IMG/VR virus record: IMGVR_UViG_3300042691_019786
Length of the DNA stretch: 64,000 nt
Origin: a virus
Direction: 5' to 3' (one strand)
Of this stretch, positions 26,514 to 37,216 are shown one piece after another; within the stretch, counting starts at the first letter, position 1, and each line of letters opens with the position of its first letter. The notes below the pieces were generated by a model. That model saw only the letters and a program-made list of their open reading frames with translations. It made no database searches and had not been told where the DNA came from. A program made the translations under genes and the position numbers.

Positions 26514-28883
26514 TTATTTAATAGTTATTTTTGATATGTTATCTTTTTTGATTACTGTAACTACATTGTCACCCCAATCTTTAACAATATCATTGTGTGT
26601 TATAAAGAACACTATTTCATACATTTCTTTTATTTTATCAAATAACGTTTTTAACTTCTCAATGTTGTCTTGTGCTACTTTACCTAAAACTTCATCAAAC
26701 GTTATAAAATTTGGCATTGGTAGAGTTGATAGTTTACCTAACACAGCTCTTAACGCTAAACTAGCCGCTGTTTTCTCTAAACCAGAACCAGATTTTAATA
26801 ATTTTGACACACCGTCTTTAACTAATAAAAACTGAACATCATTCTTATCATTAATAAATATCTCAACATCGAAATCTACAACTTCATCTAACAATCTTTG
26901 TATTTCAGAATTTATAATTGGTAACACAGAACGCAACACTAATTTGCTAATTCCTTTTTTACCAACCAAATCAATATAGATTTTAAAAATCTTATCTATT
27001 TCTTCTTCTTTTTTAATAGTCTCAATCAATTTGGTTTTAGTTTCAACACCAAGTTTGTGGTTTTTAATTTCAGTTTTAACACGTTCTATTTTAGCGATAA
27101 TATCATCTTTAGAAAATTCCAACACAGAAATATCTGTTTTAATTTTAGATAGTTCACTATCAATTTTCTTGTTTAATTCAATAGCATCTAAATTAAGTTT
27201 GTATTTTTTCAAATCATTACGTTTAGCGACAATATCATTTTTTAATGAACCAATCTGAACTTCTAATCTATCTCTATTTAATTCATATTTGTTTTTGTCA
27301 TCAATAAGTTCTTTGGTCTTATTTAACGTTTCTAATTCTTTATTTATATTCTTGATACTAGCATCTAGTTTAGTAACTTCTTTTTTGATTTTTTCAATAT
27401 CTGATTCATGTTTAGCAATGTGTTCAGAGTTATCAACATCATCTAATTTTCTGTTACATGATTGACAGATACCTCCAGCAATTAAGTCGGTAACAACTTT
27501 TTCAAGTCTAGTTATTTCAGCTTCTTTAACAGCCTTTGAAGATGTTTGTGATGATAACTCTTTTGTTAACTCATGATGATGGTCTTCATCAAAAGATACC
27601 TCACCAATCTCATTTATTTTAACAACATATTCATCAACACTTTCTTTTAGTTTAACACCTTTTTCAATCAAATCAGCAATTTCTTTTTCTAAGTTAGATG
27701 GGTTTAATTCAGAAATAGTAACATCTATTTTTTCTTTGCTGTTTATTAATTTATCATTTTCAGCGTTTAAATCAGCAATATCTGTTTTAGCTTTTTCTAA
27801 CTTCTCATTTAAACTAATTTCTAATTCAGCAGCCAATTGACCCTTTTCATTATGGTCATCTATTTCTTCAGTAAGTGTAATAACATCATATTCATTAGAT
27901 TTTTTCTTTCTAGCGAATTCGTTATACATTTCTCTAACAGCTTTTTCTTTAAGTTCTAATATTTCTAAACCAATAAGTCTAGTCAATACTTTACCAGATT
28001 CAGTTGTTGTTAAACCAATCAAATCATCTAGATTATTTTCAGTTGCCAATACAAGCATCTCAAAGTCTTTTTCACTACCAATACTTTCTTTTATCTTTTT
28101 GGTTGTTCTAGTAGCGTCTTCTTCATTTAATTGTTTTTCTTCACCATCTGGTAATAACTCATAATAATTAACTTTGTTAACAATAGTCCAACCACCACCT
28201 TTCTTAGCAGTTCTTTTCATCTTACGTTCAATGATGATTTCTTCACCTTCGATTTCAATCATACCACGAACAGTCAATTCATTTTTGTCACTATATTGAT
28301 TAAATACTTGTTCATTAGTATCTGTTTTTGTCGTATTACCATGTAACAAAAACTTCATAGCGTCAATAGTCATTGTAGTTTTACCACCTTGGTTAGATGG
28401 GATTGAATTTACTATGTTCAACCCTCTTAATTTTGTAAATGGAATATAGTTATCTTCACCAAATGATAATAGGTTATTAATCATTAACCATTTAACACTC
28501 CAACTTCTATGTTGTGTTTCATTAACATCAACGTTTAATTCACCGTTAACTTTGTCATCTAACGCAAGTATTCTATTAAAGTCAACATTCTTACCATCTC
28601 TATCAATTAACTCCTTCATAAGGGCTCTTTGATAGTTAACATCCATTATGTTTTCAATACCAGCGCCAGTGATTTCAATAAGGTCACCATTGGCAGTCTT
28701 TTTAACTGGACGATATATTACGTTTATGTTGTTTTTGTTAACACCATATTTAGTAGCAAAGTAATTTCTAATTTTGTTTTTAGCTTCTCTGCTGTAATTA
28801 TGTGGTTGGTCATCCCAATAAACTTTTATCTTCGCATAAGGTGATATCGCTTTGATATCTGATACTACAATACTATTCTCCAT
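26514..28883 (-). CDS. SbcC/Rad50/gp46-like SMC ATPase
   Basis: Walker A NQGGKTT, long coiled coils, CQSC zinc hook, signature SGSGLE, Walker B FDEV, ITH. Confidence 0.92.
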   Translation of the reverse strand: MENSIVVSDIKAISPYAKIKVYWDDQPHNYSREAKNKIRNYFATKYGVNKNNINVIYRPVKKTANGDLIEITGAGIENIMDVNYQRALMKELIDRDGKNVDFNRILALDDKVNGELNVDVNETQHRSWSVKWLMINNLLSFGEDNYIPFTKLRGLNIVNSIPSNQGGKTTMTIDAMKFLLHGNTTKTDTNEQVFNQYSDKNELTVRGMIEIEGEEIIIERKMKRTAKKGGGWTIVNKVNYYELLPDGEEKQLNEEDATRTTKKIKESIGSEKDFEMLVLATENNLDDLIGLTTTESGKVLTRLIGLEILELKEKAVREMYNEFARKKKSNEYDVITLTEEIDDHNEKGQLAAELEISLNEKLEKAKTDIADLNAENDKLINSKEKIDVTISELNPSNLEKEIADLIEKGVKLKESVDEYVVKINEIGEVSFDEDHHHELTKELSSQTSSKAVKEAEITRLEKVVTDLIAGGICQSCNRKLDDVDNSEHIAKHESDIEKIKKEVTKLDASIKNINKELETLNKTKELIDDKNKYELNRDRLEVQIGSLKNDIVAKRNDLKKYKLNLDAIELNKKIDSELSKIKTDISVLEFSKDDIIAKIERVKTEIKNHKLGVETKTKLIETIKKEEEIDKIFKIYIDLVGKKGISKLVLRSVLPIINSEIQRLLDEVVDFDVEIFINDKNDVQFLLVKDGVSKLLKSGSGLEKTAASLALRAVLGKLSTLPMPNFITFDEVLGKVAQDNIEKLKTLFDKIKEMYEIVFFITHNDIVKDWGDNVVTVIKKDNISKITIK

Positions 28884-29286
28884 ATAAATCTCTTTTGTTT
28901 TTCTTTTTTAACTCTTCTCTTAATTTTTCTAAAGTATCGTTCCATTTTTGTTCAAAGTCTTTAGACTCTTCTTTGTATTTGTTACGTTCAGCTTCTAGGT
29001 CTTTTATTTTGTTCGCTAATTCTTCGTTATTAGAATTATCAGTTATATAAACTTCCTTTTCAACTGGAACTTCAACTTTTACTTCCACTATTTTTTCAAC
29101 AATCTTTTCAACTGGAACTTCGACTACCTTTTCAACCACTTTCTCTACAGTTTGTGGTGTAGCGCCAAATTTCTCAACGGTAAATCCTTGTCTAAGAATT
29201 TTCATTGTGAATTCGTCAATATTGGTTATATTATTGGCTCTGCAATAATCCCAAATCTCATCTTTTAATTGTTTAGATATCTCCAA
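28873..29286 (-). CDS. hypothetical protein with VEKVVEVP repeats
   Basis: V/E/K/P low-complexity repeat and C-terminal coiled coil. Confidence 0.75.
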   Translation of the reverse strand: MEISKQLKDEIWDYCRANNITNIDEFTMKILRQGFTVEKFGATPQTVEKVVEKVVEVPVEKIVEKIVEVKVEVPVEKEVYITDNSNNEELANKIKDLEAERNKYKEESKDFEQKWNDTLEKLREELKKKNKRDLYGE

Positions 29287-29503
29287 GGTCCACTTTTGTT
29301 AAATCTTCACGTGTTTGATGTAGCAACACAACTTCATGGTCTTTCTCATCAACATTTATTGCTAATACTGGTTTATCAACTCTATAGATAAATCCTTCTT
29401 CGTTTTCTGGGTCTACAAACCCATATTCACCATTAACAACGGTGAAATCATTCATTTCTTCTGGTAGAGAGTTAATAAACTCTTTTAATTCGCTTAGTTT
29501 CAT
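29273..29503 (-). CDS. hypothetical protein
   Basis: 76-aa ORF overlapping both neighbours. Confidence 0.7.
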   Translation of the reverse strand: MKLSELKEFINSLPEEMNDFTVVNGEYGFVDPENEEGFIYRVDKPVLAINVDEKDHEVVLLHQTREDLTKVDLGDI

Positions 29504-30312
29504 AAATTAGTTAGTTTTTCTTCACCATTTTCAATATCTTCCAATGATGTTATTTTAAATTGATAGAATGGATATTTGTTATCAACATCATGTTCAGTAT
29601 ATGTTTTAGTTTCGACATCCCATAATAAGAAACCATGTTTACTAACATTCTCACCAAAATTTTGTTGAATCAGTGATGATGGGTAAGCTATCATAATACC
29701 TTTATGGTTAAATATTTGTCGTTTATGTATATCACCTAACATTGCAATATCACAACCTTCAAATATATCTAATTCAGCACCATGGTCGATTTCATAACCA
29801 ATATCAGTTTTAGCGTTGATTATTGGCGCATGAAACAAACCGATATATGTTTTGTCATCTCCAAATTCAATTCTAGCACCTTCAATGTCTGGTCTAGCGT
29901 TTTCTTCAAAAATAGAATACGCACACCAAACAATATTGTCATCTAAATAACATTTAGATTCTTTGAAATAGTTTATTTCTTTATCACCCAAGAATTGTAC
30001 CATAGGTGAAATACTATCCATACGATTAGCGTTATTTTCTAATAAATCATGGTTACCAGCAATTATAATAACTGGTGCTATCTCTTCTAACTTTCTTAGG
30101 AACCATGTACCTAAAATTAACATCTCATTAGAAATAACAATCTTTTGGTGAACCAAATCACCAGCAATAACTATTCTAATTTCTTCTCTGCTATAATCAG
30201 CTAATAATTCTCTCAAATCACCCAATAATGTTTTGAACACATCTTTGTATTCATCATGCATTCTAAGTGTTCTGATATGTATATCAGCTAAGTGTACTAC
30301 TTTTTTTATCAT
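29500..30312 (-). CDS. SbcD/Mre11/gp47-like metallophosphoesterase nuclease
   Basis: ADIH, AGDL, AGNHD, FH, GDIHK motifs. Confidence 0.92.
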   Translation of the reverse strand: MIKKVVHLADIHIRTLRMHDEYKDVFKTLLGDLRELLADYSREEIRIVIAGDLVHQKIVISNEMLILGTWFLRKLEEIAPVIIIAGNHDLLENNANRMDSISPMVQFLGDKEINYFKESKCYLDDNIVWCAYSIFEENARPDIEGARIEFGDDKTYIGLFHAPIINAKTDIGYEIDHGAELDIFEGCDIAMLGDIHKRQIFNHKGIMIAYPSSLIQQNFGENVSKHGFLLWDVETKTYTEHDVDNKYPFYQFKITSLEDIENGEEKLTNL

Positions 30313-30318
30313 TTATAA

Positions 30319-30678
30319 TTATTTTTTTTGTATTTTTTCAATCTCTAATTCTTTACCATCTAAAAAACTTTCTAATAATATTTCATTTATTATTATTCTT
30401 TTATTTTTACCAATATTTCTAAAACCATTATAACCATAGTGTTTTATATGGCTATAACCAGCTACATCACCACCACTTTTAAAAAATTTCTTAGCATTTA
30501 ATGATTTTGTAACTTTTGATAAATGATATTTGGTTAATTCTAATTCTTCAATTAATTCCTCATTAGTTACGACACATTCACCCATTATAAATTGTCTACC
30601 CAAAACAAATAAAATTAATTTCTTTTCATTTTCTGTTAGTAAATCACTTTCAATTATCTTATCTTTATTCTTTATCAT
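30319..30678 (-). CDS. putative winged-helix DNA-binding protein
   Basis: TNEELIEELELTKYHLSKVTKSL HTH-like pattern. Confidence 0.5.
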   Translation of the reverse strand: MIKNKDKIIESDLLTENEKKLILFVLGRQFIMGECVVTNEELIEELELTKYHLSKVTKSLNAKKFFKSGGDVAGYSHIKHYGYNGFRNIGKNKRIIINEILLESFLDGKELEIEKIQKK

Positions 30679-30679
30679 A

Positions 30680-31462
30680 TTATGCGTTTTTCATTAAGTT
30701 ATAGTAATGCATTTCAACTAACTTCTTAGCTTCGTTTTTCATATACATTATTTGTATCTTTTCAAATGACATTTTTTCTTTATCCCAATATCCAATTCTA
30801 ATTTGTCTACATTTTCTTTTAGGGAACTCTAATTCGTACATATAAGCGTATACAGACAACTGTAATGTATAAACTGACCATTGACATGCTTGCATGTGGT
30901 CAAATGGCTTAAAAAGCGTTTTAAAACCAAATGGGTCAAAGAAATTAAACTCTCGGTTTGTCTTCCAGTCCCAAACATCAAAATATACATCATCAATATC
31001 AATAATAAGGTCAGACATACCAGCTAACTCATATTGTTCAGCAAATAATATTCTTTCTGGCCATATGGCAACACCTTCATCAATTTTTAACGCTTCATAC
31101 CCATCAATAACTTTTTGTTCAAATTGACCGTCTTCAGTGTCATCTGGGAAATACCATTTGTTTGCTAATAAATATCTTTCAACGATGTCGTGAACTTTAG
31201 AACCGTAAATGTTCGCTTCATCATTTAACATTTGCCAATATTCTAATATTTGTTGTTGAGACATACCGATATATTTCTCTTGTTTAACATTATCAGCTTG
31301 ATTGACAATAGCCATAGAAACCGCTTCTGAATCAAAATGTGGTTCTATAGATGTCAAAGTAGTAGTAACTGATTTATATATTTTACCAGTTACTCTATGA
31401 TGATATTTATGTTCAATAGGTTCTAGATATACTGGACCTTCCCATAATCTTGCTTTACTCAT
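30680..31462 (-). CDS. PD-(D/E)XK exonuclease
   Basis: SVTT, GSKVH, E..L, AG.SDL, DWKT, Y.LQLS.Y motifs. Confidence 0.88.
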   Translation of the reverse strand: MSKARLWEGPVYLEPIEHKYHHRVTGKIYKSVTTTLTSIEPHFDSEAVSMAIVNQADNVKQEKYIGMSQQQILEYWQMLNDEANIYGSKVHDIVERYLLANKWYFPDDTEDGQFEQKVIDGYEALKIDEGVAIWPERILFAEQYELAGMSDLIIDIDDVYFDVWDWKTNREFNFFDPFGFKTLFKPFDHMQACQWSVYTLQLSVYAYMYELEFPKRKCRQIRIGYWDKEKMSFEKIQIMYMKNEAKKLVEMHYYNLMKNA

Positions 31463-31479
31463 TTTATTTTATTTTAATG

Positions 31480-31510
31480 CAAATATACTATATTTTTAAT
31501 CACTTTGCAA
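31480..31510 (-). promoter_or_regulatory. Bacteroidota-type promoter for exonuclease/SbcCD operon
   Basis: TTG-N20-TATATTTG. Confidence 0.7.
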
Positions 31511-31534
31511 CTATTTATCAATAAACTTTATTTA

Positions 31535-32041
31535 ATGAAAACATTTATTAAAAAATTATTAAAAGAGATGTTAGATGATAAATCATTTGAGTTACCTAAA
31601 CACATAGATATTGATTCTGAGTTATTAACTAAAATATCAACAATAGGTTTAAACGATTTTGAAATTTTAGAAAATGGTGATGACGGTAACGATAAAATGT
31701 ATTTAAAAATTAAATTTAACGACCCAAGTTTAGAAATATTATCTGATTCAATTCAATTTTATGTTCAAATAATAAAAGATTTTATATATCATCCCCATAT
31801 TTTCTTAAATAAAAATTTAGAAAATAAAAAAATAGGTTCTAAGATACTTAAAAAATTTATTTATGAATTTGGTCATGCATATTTAAGCAAAGGTAGAACA
31901 ATCAACCCTAATTTATTTGGTATGTTTAATAAGTTCTGTAAAACTGATTCTAAATTAGAATGTATTGAATCTAGTAAAGGTATTTTAGTCACTTTAATTG
32001 ATAATCCTATTAAAAATCAGTTAATTGATTTTATGAAATAA
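31535..32041 (+). CDS. hypothetical protein, GNAT-like (start MKTFIKK)
   Basis: HIFLNKNLENKKIGSKI resembles a degenerate GNAT motif A; TATTTAT at 31512-31518. Confidence 0.55.
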   Translation: MKTFIKKLLKEMLDDKSFELPKHIDIDSELLTKISTIGLNDFEILENGDDGNDKMYLKIKFNDPSLEILSDSIQFYVQIIKDFIYHPHIFLNKNLENKKIGSKILKKFIYEFGHAYLSKGRTINPNLFGMFNKFCKTDSKLECIESSKGILVTLIDNPIKNQLIDFMK

Positions 32042-32042
32042 T

Positions 32043-32984
32043 TCAAATAGTTAACTTATACGCACTTTTAAGTAATTGAATAATACCTTTACTACCAAAC
32101 TTTTCAAATAGTTTAGATGGGTCATAACCCTCTGGACACTTAACCACCTTAACTTTGCCTCTAAGCTCACCAAAGTTAATTTCATGGTATAACCTAACAG
32201 TATCGTCATAAGCGTCATCATCCATTACGATAACAACATACGCTTTTGCTTTTTCTTGTAACAAGTCCAATAATTGTTCTGGTAAGTATTTCCCCAATAA
32301 CGGTATTGAGTTAGGTGTGACTATATGGTCTGTTGCACCTTCAACCAAATATATTGTAGAATCCCAATTTATTTTACCTTCATTAAAAACTATTTCTTGC
32401 TTTTCAACATCTGGGTTTAAATATTTAAGTTTAGTAAAATCTTTTGGAAACCATCTAGCTATAAAATAATTTAATTCACCTTCTGAATCATAAGATGGTA
32501 TTATTACTCTGTTGAAATACTTACCGCTGGTAGTAAACCCTATTTTATAATCTTTGATTATTTCATCAGTGATTCCTCTTTCACGTAAATATCCAATAGC
32601 TTGATTGTATCTGTATTCATTACCTTTGCATTTAGATAGTTCTTTATAACCTTCTGGTAATGTAAGTATGATTTTCTTTTTTTCCTTTTCAGATATGCTG
32701 ATATCTGGTTTAATCAATACATAATCACGTAAGTTTTTTGGTGAACCGTAACGTTTAAGTAATTTGTATACTGAACCATACATGTTGTTTTTTTCTTTAC
32801 ATGACCAACATTTAAAAACTGATTCTTCGTAGTTAACTTCTAAGTTACCTTTACCGTCACCCTCTGGCATATCTTTGTCTTCAGCGCATGCTGGACAATC
32901 AAAGGCAATCTGCCCCGTTTCCTCATTATATTTTCTATGAGGACCTAAAAAACTTTCTAGTATGTATACCAAATATTCGTTCAC
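32043..32984 (-). CDS. DNA primase (zinc finger + TOPRIM)
   Basis: CPAC/CWSC, YLRERGI, RVIIP, KYLNP, VEGATD, MDDDA, DP. Confidence 0.92.
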   Translation of the reverse strand: MNEYLVYILESFLGPHRKYNEETGQIAFDCPACAEDKDMPEGDGKGNLEVNYEESVFKCWSCKEKNNMYGSVYKLLKRYGSPKNLRDYVLIKPDISISEKEKKKIILTLPEGYKELSKCKGNEYRYNQAIGYLRERGITDEIIKDYKIGFTTSGKYFNRVIIPSYDSEGELNYFIARWFPKDFTKLKYLNPDVEKQEIVFNEGKINWDSTIYLVEGATDHIVTPNSIPLLGKYLPEQLLDLLQEKAKAYVVIVMDDDAYDDTVRLYHEINFGELRGKVKVVKCPEGYDPSKLFEKFGSKGIIQLLKSAYKLTI

Positions 32985-33036
32985 GGTTCAAAATTACAAA
33001 AATAATAAACCATTTACAAATATTTGTTTAAAATAA

Positions 33037-33684
33037 TTATCTATCCCAAAGATTATTTTTATACATGAACCCTATACCAGCGACATATGCATCTGATGTG
33101 TCAAACGTTTCTTTTTTAAGTTTGTTGTTTTTGTCATAGAACCAAGTTACTTGTGGTTCTAATTCAGCAACCTTTTCCCAAAGCACATATTTTTTATCAA
33201 CGTCAAAAGGATAACCACCAAATAACACTGGTTTGTTCTTAGCAATTTGTTTTTCATTCAAAGGAGTTCCATCTTTTTTAAATGTTCTAACAGCCATTAA
33301 TTCTGGGAATGAATATTGTCTAGCGTCATAAGATGAAATAAACTCTGGTACAATACCTAAAGTATCATATACTGATTTAGATATCATACCATTAAATCTT
33401 AATAATGTAGCAATTGTATATACGTTGTTTGATTGTAATAAAGGTTCTTCAATAACAACTTTATCAATACCAATATCTTTGTATTTAAATAAAAATTCTG
33501 TTTCAAATATTTCAACCTTTTTGAATAACTCTTCCATCTTGTTAGATGGTTTTGGTTTAACTATTGGTGAAACATGGTGTAATAATCTTAATTCACCTTT
33601 GTTACCAAAATCTTCAAATAAGGCAATACCAATTGTAGATGTCGAAACATCTAACGCCAATAAAAAACTTTGTTTTTCTTTCAT
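33037..33684 (-). CDS. RuvC-like Holliday junction resolvase
   Basis: LALDVSTSTIG, VVIEEP, D.SDAY catalytic acidic residues. Confidence 0.8.
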   Translation of the reverse strand: MKEKQSFLLALDVSTSTIGIALFEDFGNKGELRLLHHVSPIVKPKPSNKMEELFKKVEIFETEFLFKYKDIGIDKVVIEEPLLQSNNVYTIATLLRFNGMISKSVYDTLGIVPEFISSYDARQYSFPELMAVRTFKKDGTPLNEKQIAKNKPVLFGGYPFDVDKKYVLWEKVAELEPQVTWFYDKNNKLKKETFDTSDAYVAGIGFMYKNNLWDR

Positions 33685-33732
33685 GATTTTAATTTTGTAT
33701 TAATTTAAAATCAAATTAAAAAAAATAAATAG

Positions 33733-34950
33733 TTATATTGTAATTTTTATTGATAAGGCTAAAAATTGGTTAACGTTTTTAGTGATTTGTCTATCTGTTT
33801 TACCATAAGCAATCAAATTACCAAAATCATCATATAACCCAACTTCAGTTATTTTTGGAATATCATCATTACCAAAATAAATGCTAGTTGATGCACCAAA
33901 TTCACCTCTTTCTGCAATACATGATATTACTTGGCTTACATTTGTTGATACACTATCAAACGTTAATGTTGTTGCTGTAACACCAGAAAATAAAGTTGTA
34001 CCAGAAACTAACACATCATTTATAATTGTTGGGTTAGTTATAGCTATAAACCCACTGTCTAAATAAGCCATACCAACAGCTGTGTCAGCAGTTGCTGCTA
34101 AATTTGTGTTTGTTTGTAAATTATATGCTCTTTTGTTGTTATTGCTAAATGGTTTTGATAATCCATAACCAGTAGCCCAACTTAATGATGAATCACCGTT
34201 AGGTTTTTTGATTGTGTCGCTGAATAATGGAGCAACATTTAAACCAAAATAAACAACATTATTAGCAACGTCTCTGTAATTAGCATCTAGTTCATTTACA
34301 CTACCAGAATTAGATTGGAATGTGCTATATAAAGTATATGTACCAGCACTAGTTGGTAACTCTAATTTAACTGTTTTACCATCAATAACTTCACCATATG
34401 TAGCATTGTTTATTCCAATAAATAATACTCTATTAGTTGCGAAACCACTAAAACAAGTATCTGAATAACCACCAGATTGTGCTGTAACACCAGTATAATT
34501 AATATCTGATATTGAGTCTAAAGGTAAGTTAAACGAACTAAATAAATTAACTAGTGGGTCTGAGTTAACGCTATTTCTATTTACTAAGTTATATGTTAAA
34601 TTAGCACCACTTATTGTTACTGAACCATTATTTGCAGTTTCAGTTAAGATATTGATTGATTGAGGTGAAACTGGTTTAGTTAAATCACCATTTTGATTTA
34701 CAACTAAAAAACTTTTAATACCTACAACTGGTGGTGTACTATTACTAGTTGTATTACCATAACCAATGTTACCATTTATAGATGGTACTTGACCAGTTGA
34801 TAATGTTAAACTAGTATAGTAATTAGCATCAGAATCACCTAAACTGAAATACTTAATTAAATTATTATTAGTAGATATTAATTTCTCTCTACCTATTGGT
34901 GTTAACTTAGCAGTTAATGTAATCGATGTTGCTGAACTATTAAATCCCAT
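33733..34950 (-). CDS. putative baseplate/tail structural protein
   Basis: AKLT..GR...FSLGDSD N-terminus; ITEVGLYDD.GNLIAYGK C-terminus; Ser/Thr/Asn-rich. Confidence 0.7.
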   Translation of the reverse strand: MGFNSSATSITLTAKLTPIGREKLISTNNNLIKYFSLGDSDANYYTSLTLSTGQVPSINGNIGYGNTTSNSTPPVVGIKSFLVVNQNGDLTKPVSPQSINILTETANNGSVTISGANLTYNLVNRNSVNSDPLVNLFSSFNLPLDSISDINYTGVTAQSGGYSDTCFSGFATNRVLFIGINNATYGEVIDGKTVKLELPTSAGTYTLYSTFQSNSGSVNELDANYRDVANNVVYFGLNVAPLFSDTIKKPNGDSSLSWATGYGLSKPFSNNNKRAYNLQTNTNLAATADTAVGMAYLDSGFIAITNPTIINDVLVSGTTLFSGVTATTLTFDSVSTNVSQVISCIAERGEFGASTSIYFGNDDIPKITEVGLYDDFGNLIAYGKTDRQITKNVNQFLALSIKITI

Positions 34951-34952
34951 TT

Positions 34953-37145
34953 TTAGAAGTCAATTGATAATTCTAATGTTATTGTATTATTATTGGCTAA
35001 AGCAACTGGTGTGCTTAATTTACCAATACAAACTAGATTCCTATCTGAATCATAAATACCCACTTCACTTACTTTAATATTTGGTGGGTTAGTTGTTACG
35101 TCACTACTTCTAGTAATGTTTGTAGTTGAATTAAATTGGCTAGAATTAACTCTGATATCAAAAATTGTCTTAAAGATAGTCGCACCAATGTGTGTGTTTA
35201 AATTACCGTAAAAGAATCTTTCATCACCAAATTGTAAGTTACTTGGGCTTATGTTTGGTACATAACTAACTAAACCATTTAATGCAAATATTGATGAAGA
35301 AGCATCTTTTATTAAATCTAATACGAAACCATTTGTTAATGGTATTTGAACCTCTAATAAACTAGGGTTAATTGTTTCTCCAGACACACCAGTAATTGCT
35401 GTTGATGTGTAATCTAATTGTTTCCAAAGGCCAGAATCTGGTCTGTCATTAATGTTTGTTACTATTTGATATAATAATTTAAATTTATATGCATGGAATC
35501 CATAACCATCATATGAAACATCTTCTAATTTTCTCATATATGGTAATAAATCAACACTATTAATCATAAACTGAACATCTTTAGCTGTTGATGTTGTGTT
35601 GGTGATTTTAATGTATTTTTGACAAGGTAACGCTGAAGTAAATCCAGATGATACACCTAAATTGTCCAATGAATAAGTTAAATACATTGTTTCGTTAACA
35701 CCTAAAATACCAGTTGATGTACCACCACTTGGTGCCGATAATGTTGCTGTTAATTCTGGTAACGTCCAGTTTCTATTTGATTTATAAGACATTGCAGCAA
35801 CAATCTCATCGTCATGGAAAACAACTGTTTTAAGTTGTGGGAATATTTTACCTACAACCAAAGGAGTTTCACTTGATGGAATTCTTGTTGGGTCTTCTAT
35901 TAAATCAATGTATTCTAAACCGTTATCCATAGCGTTTGTAATACCACTACCGATAAATCTCATACCCATTTGAGTACCAAATCCAGAAGCAAAATCTCTT
36001 CTGTGATACATCAAATCTGGTAAATCTAAATAAAGATATTTGTTGTTTACTATATCAGTGTAGAAAAACTCACCGTAAATACTAGACACCATATTGTTGG
36101 TATAGTGAATGATTGAGATTGATTTCGTTACATCATCCAACACGCTTTTACCTGGAGTATCACAAGCTTGGTTCGTTAATTGTATTGCGTTAGCTGAAGA
36201 AATACAAGGTAAATTAAAATAAGGGTATTTGCTACCTAAATAACTATAAGAACCATATTTTGTATAATCTTCGTATAAGTTTGTTGTTGATAAACCAGTT
36301 ACACCAGCCAACGTTTCACACCATACATTATTCATATTCCAAACTGGAACTTCTTCACAGTTAACTGGACATAACGAATCAAATGATAATGTGTTAGAAT
36401 CCCAATATGCTGTTTGTGTTTCAGCGCCAAACGTATCATTAACTTCACCACCACCATAAACAAAAATTTGTGAATAACCACTAAAGTTACTTAAATTGAA
36501 GTTTGGTAATTGTCTATCTAAATTAACATAATAACCAGTAGTGGCTGCTGTCATACTTTGAATCTTATACCATAAGTTTTGTAATGGTTTATCGTTACTA
36601 TTTGCTGTTAATGTACCACCAGAAAGTGTTCCTTTATAGTTACTATATTTAATCAATACATAATCACCAGTTGTTATACCAGTAGAATTAATGTAAAGTC
36701 TTGTTGTTCCACTAAATATAGAGCTACCTACTGCGCTAGGGTCATTAAACGAAGTATATTTTACATATGTCGAACCAGTTTTGGTTGTAAAAGTACCACC
36801 ACTATAATCAAAGAAACCTTTTGTGTCTGCTTGGTTGTTTACTACTGACCTAACAACACTAATAATTGAACTGTCAACAACTTGTAAAGGGTCAGAAGTT
36901 GTTGAAGGTAGGATAAACGATTTTAAGTTAGGTTGTTTATCAAAAGGTCTAAAAATAACACTTGTTGCTGATAAAGTTACGTCTGTAGGATTTGCATCAA
37001 CTATAGCTTCTCTACCATAATTTATTTCTGAGTCACCAATAGCCCAATAAGAAAAATTAAGTTTACCTAACGCTAATTGTGTTCTTCCTATTTCAGTTAA
37101 TTTGATTGAAACAAATGGACTTGTACTTTTTATAATATATGACAT
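34953..37145 (-). CDS. putative baseplate/tail structural protein, paralog of 33733-34950
   Basis: KLT..GR...AIGDSE N-terminus; VSEVGIYD...LVCIGKL C-terminus. Confidence 0.7.
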   Translation of the reverse strand: MSYIIKSTSPFVSIKLTEIGRTQLALGKLNFSYWAIGDSEINYGREAIVDANPTDVTLSATSVIFRPFDKQPNLKSFILPSTTSDPLQVVDSSIISVVRSVVNNQADTKGFFDYSGGTFTTKTGSTYVKYTSFNDPSAVGSSIFSGTTRLYINSTGITTGDYVLIKYSNYKGTLSGGTLTANSNDKPLQNLWYKIQSMTAATTGYYVNLDRQLPNFNLSNFSGYSQIFVYGGGEVNDTFGAETQTAYWDSNTLSFDSLCPVNCEEVPVWNMNNVWCETLAGVTGLSTTNLYEDYTKYGSYSYLGSKYPYFNLPCISSANAIQLTNQACDTPGKSVLDDVTKSISIIHYTNNMVSSIYGEFFYTDIVNNKYLYLDLPDLMYHRRDFASGFGTQMGMRFIGSGITNAMDNGLEYIDLIEDPTRIPSSETPLVVGKIFPQLKTVVFHDDEIVAAMSYKSNRNWTLPELTATLSAPSGGTSTGILGVNETMYLTYSLDNLGVSSGFTSALPCQKYIKITNTTSTAKDVQFMINSVDLLPYMRKLEDVSYDGYGFHAYKFKLLYQIVTNINDRPDSGLWKQLDYTSTAITGVSGETINPSLLEVQIPLTNGFVLDLIKDASSSIFALNGLVSYVPNISPSNLQFGDERFFYGNLNTHIGATIFKTIFDIRVNSSQFNSTTNITRSSDVTTNPPNIKVSEVGIYDSDRNLVCIGKLSTPVALANNNTITLELSIDF

Positions 37146-37216
37146 ATTATTTTATATTTTGTTTTTTATTATATCTTTTTTTTATTTTAATTATAAATAT
37201 TCAATAGTAAATAATA

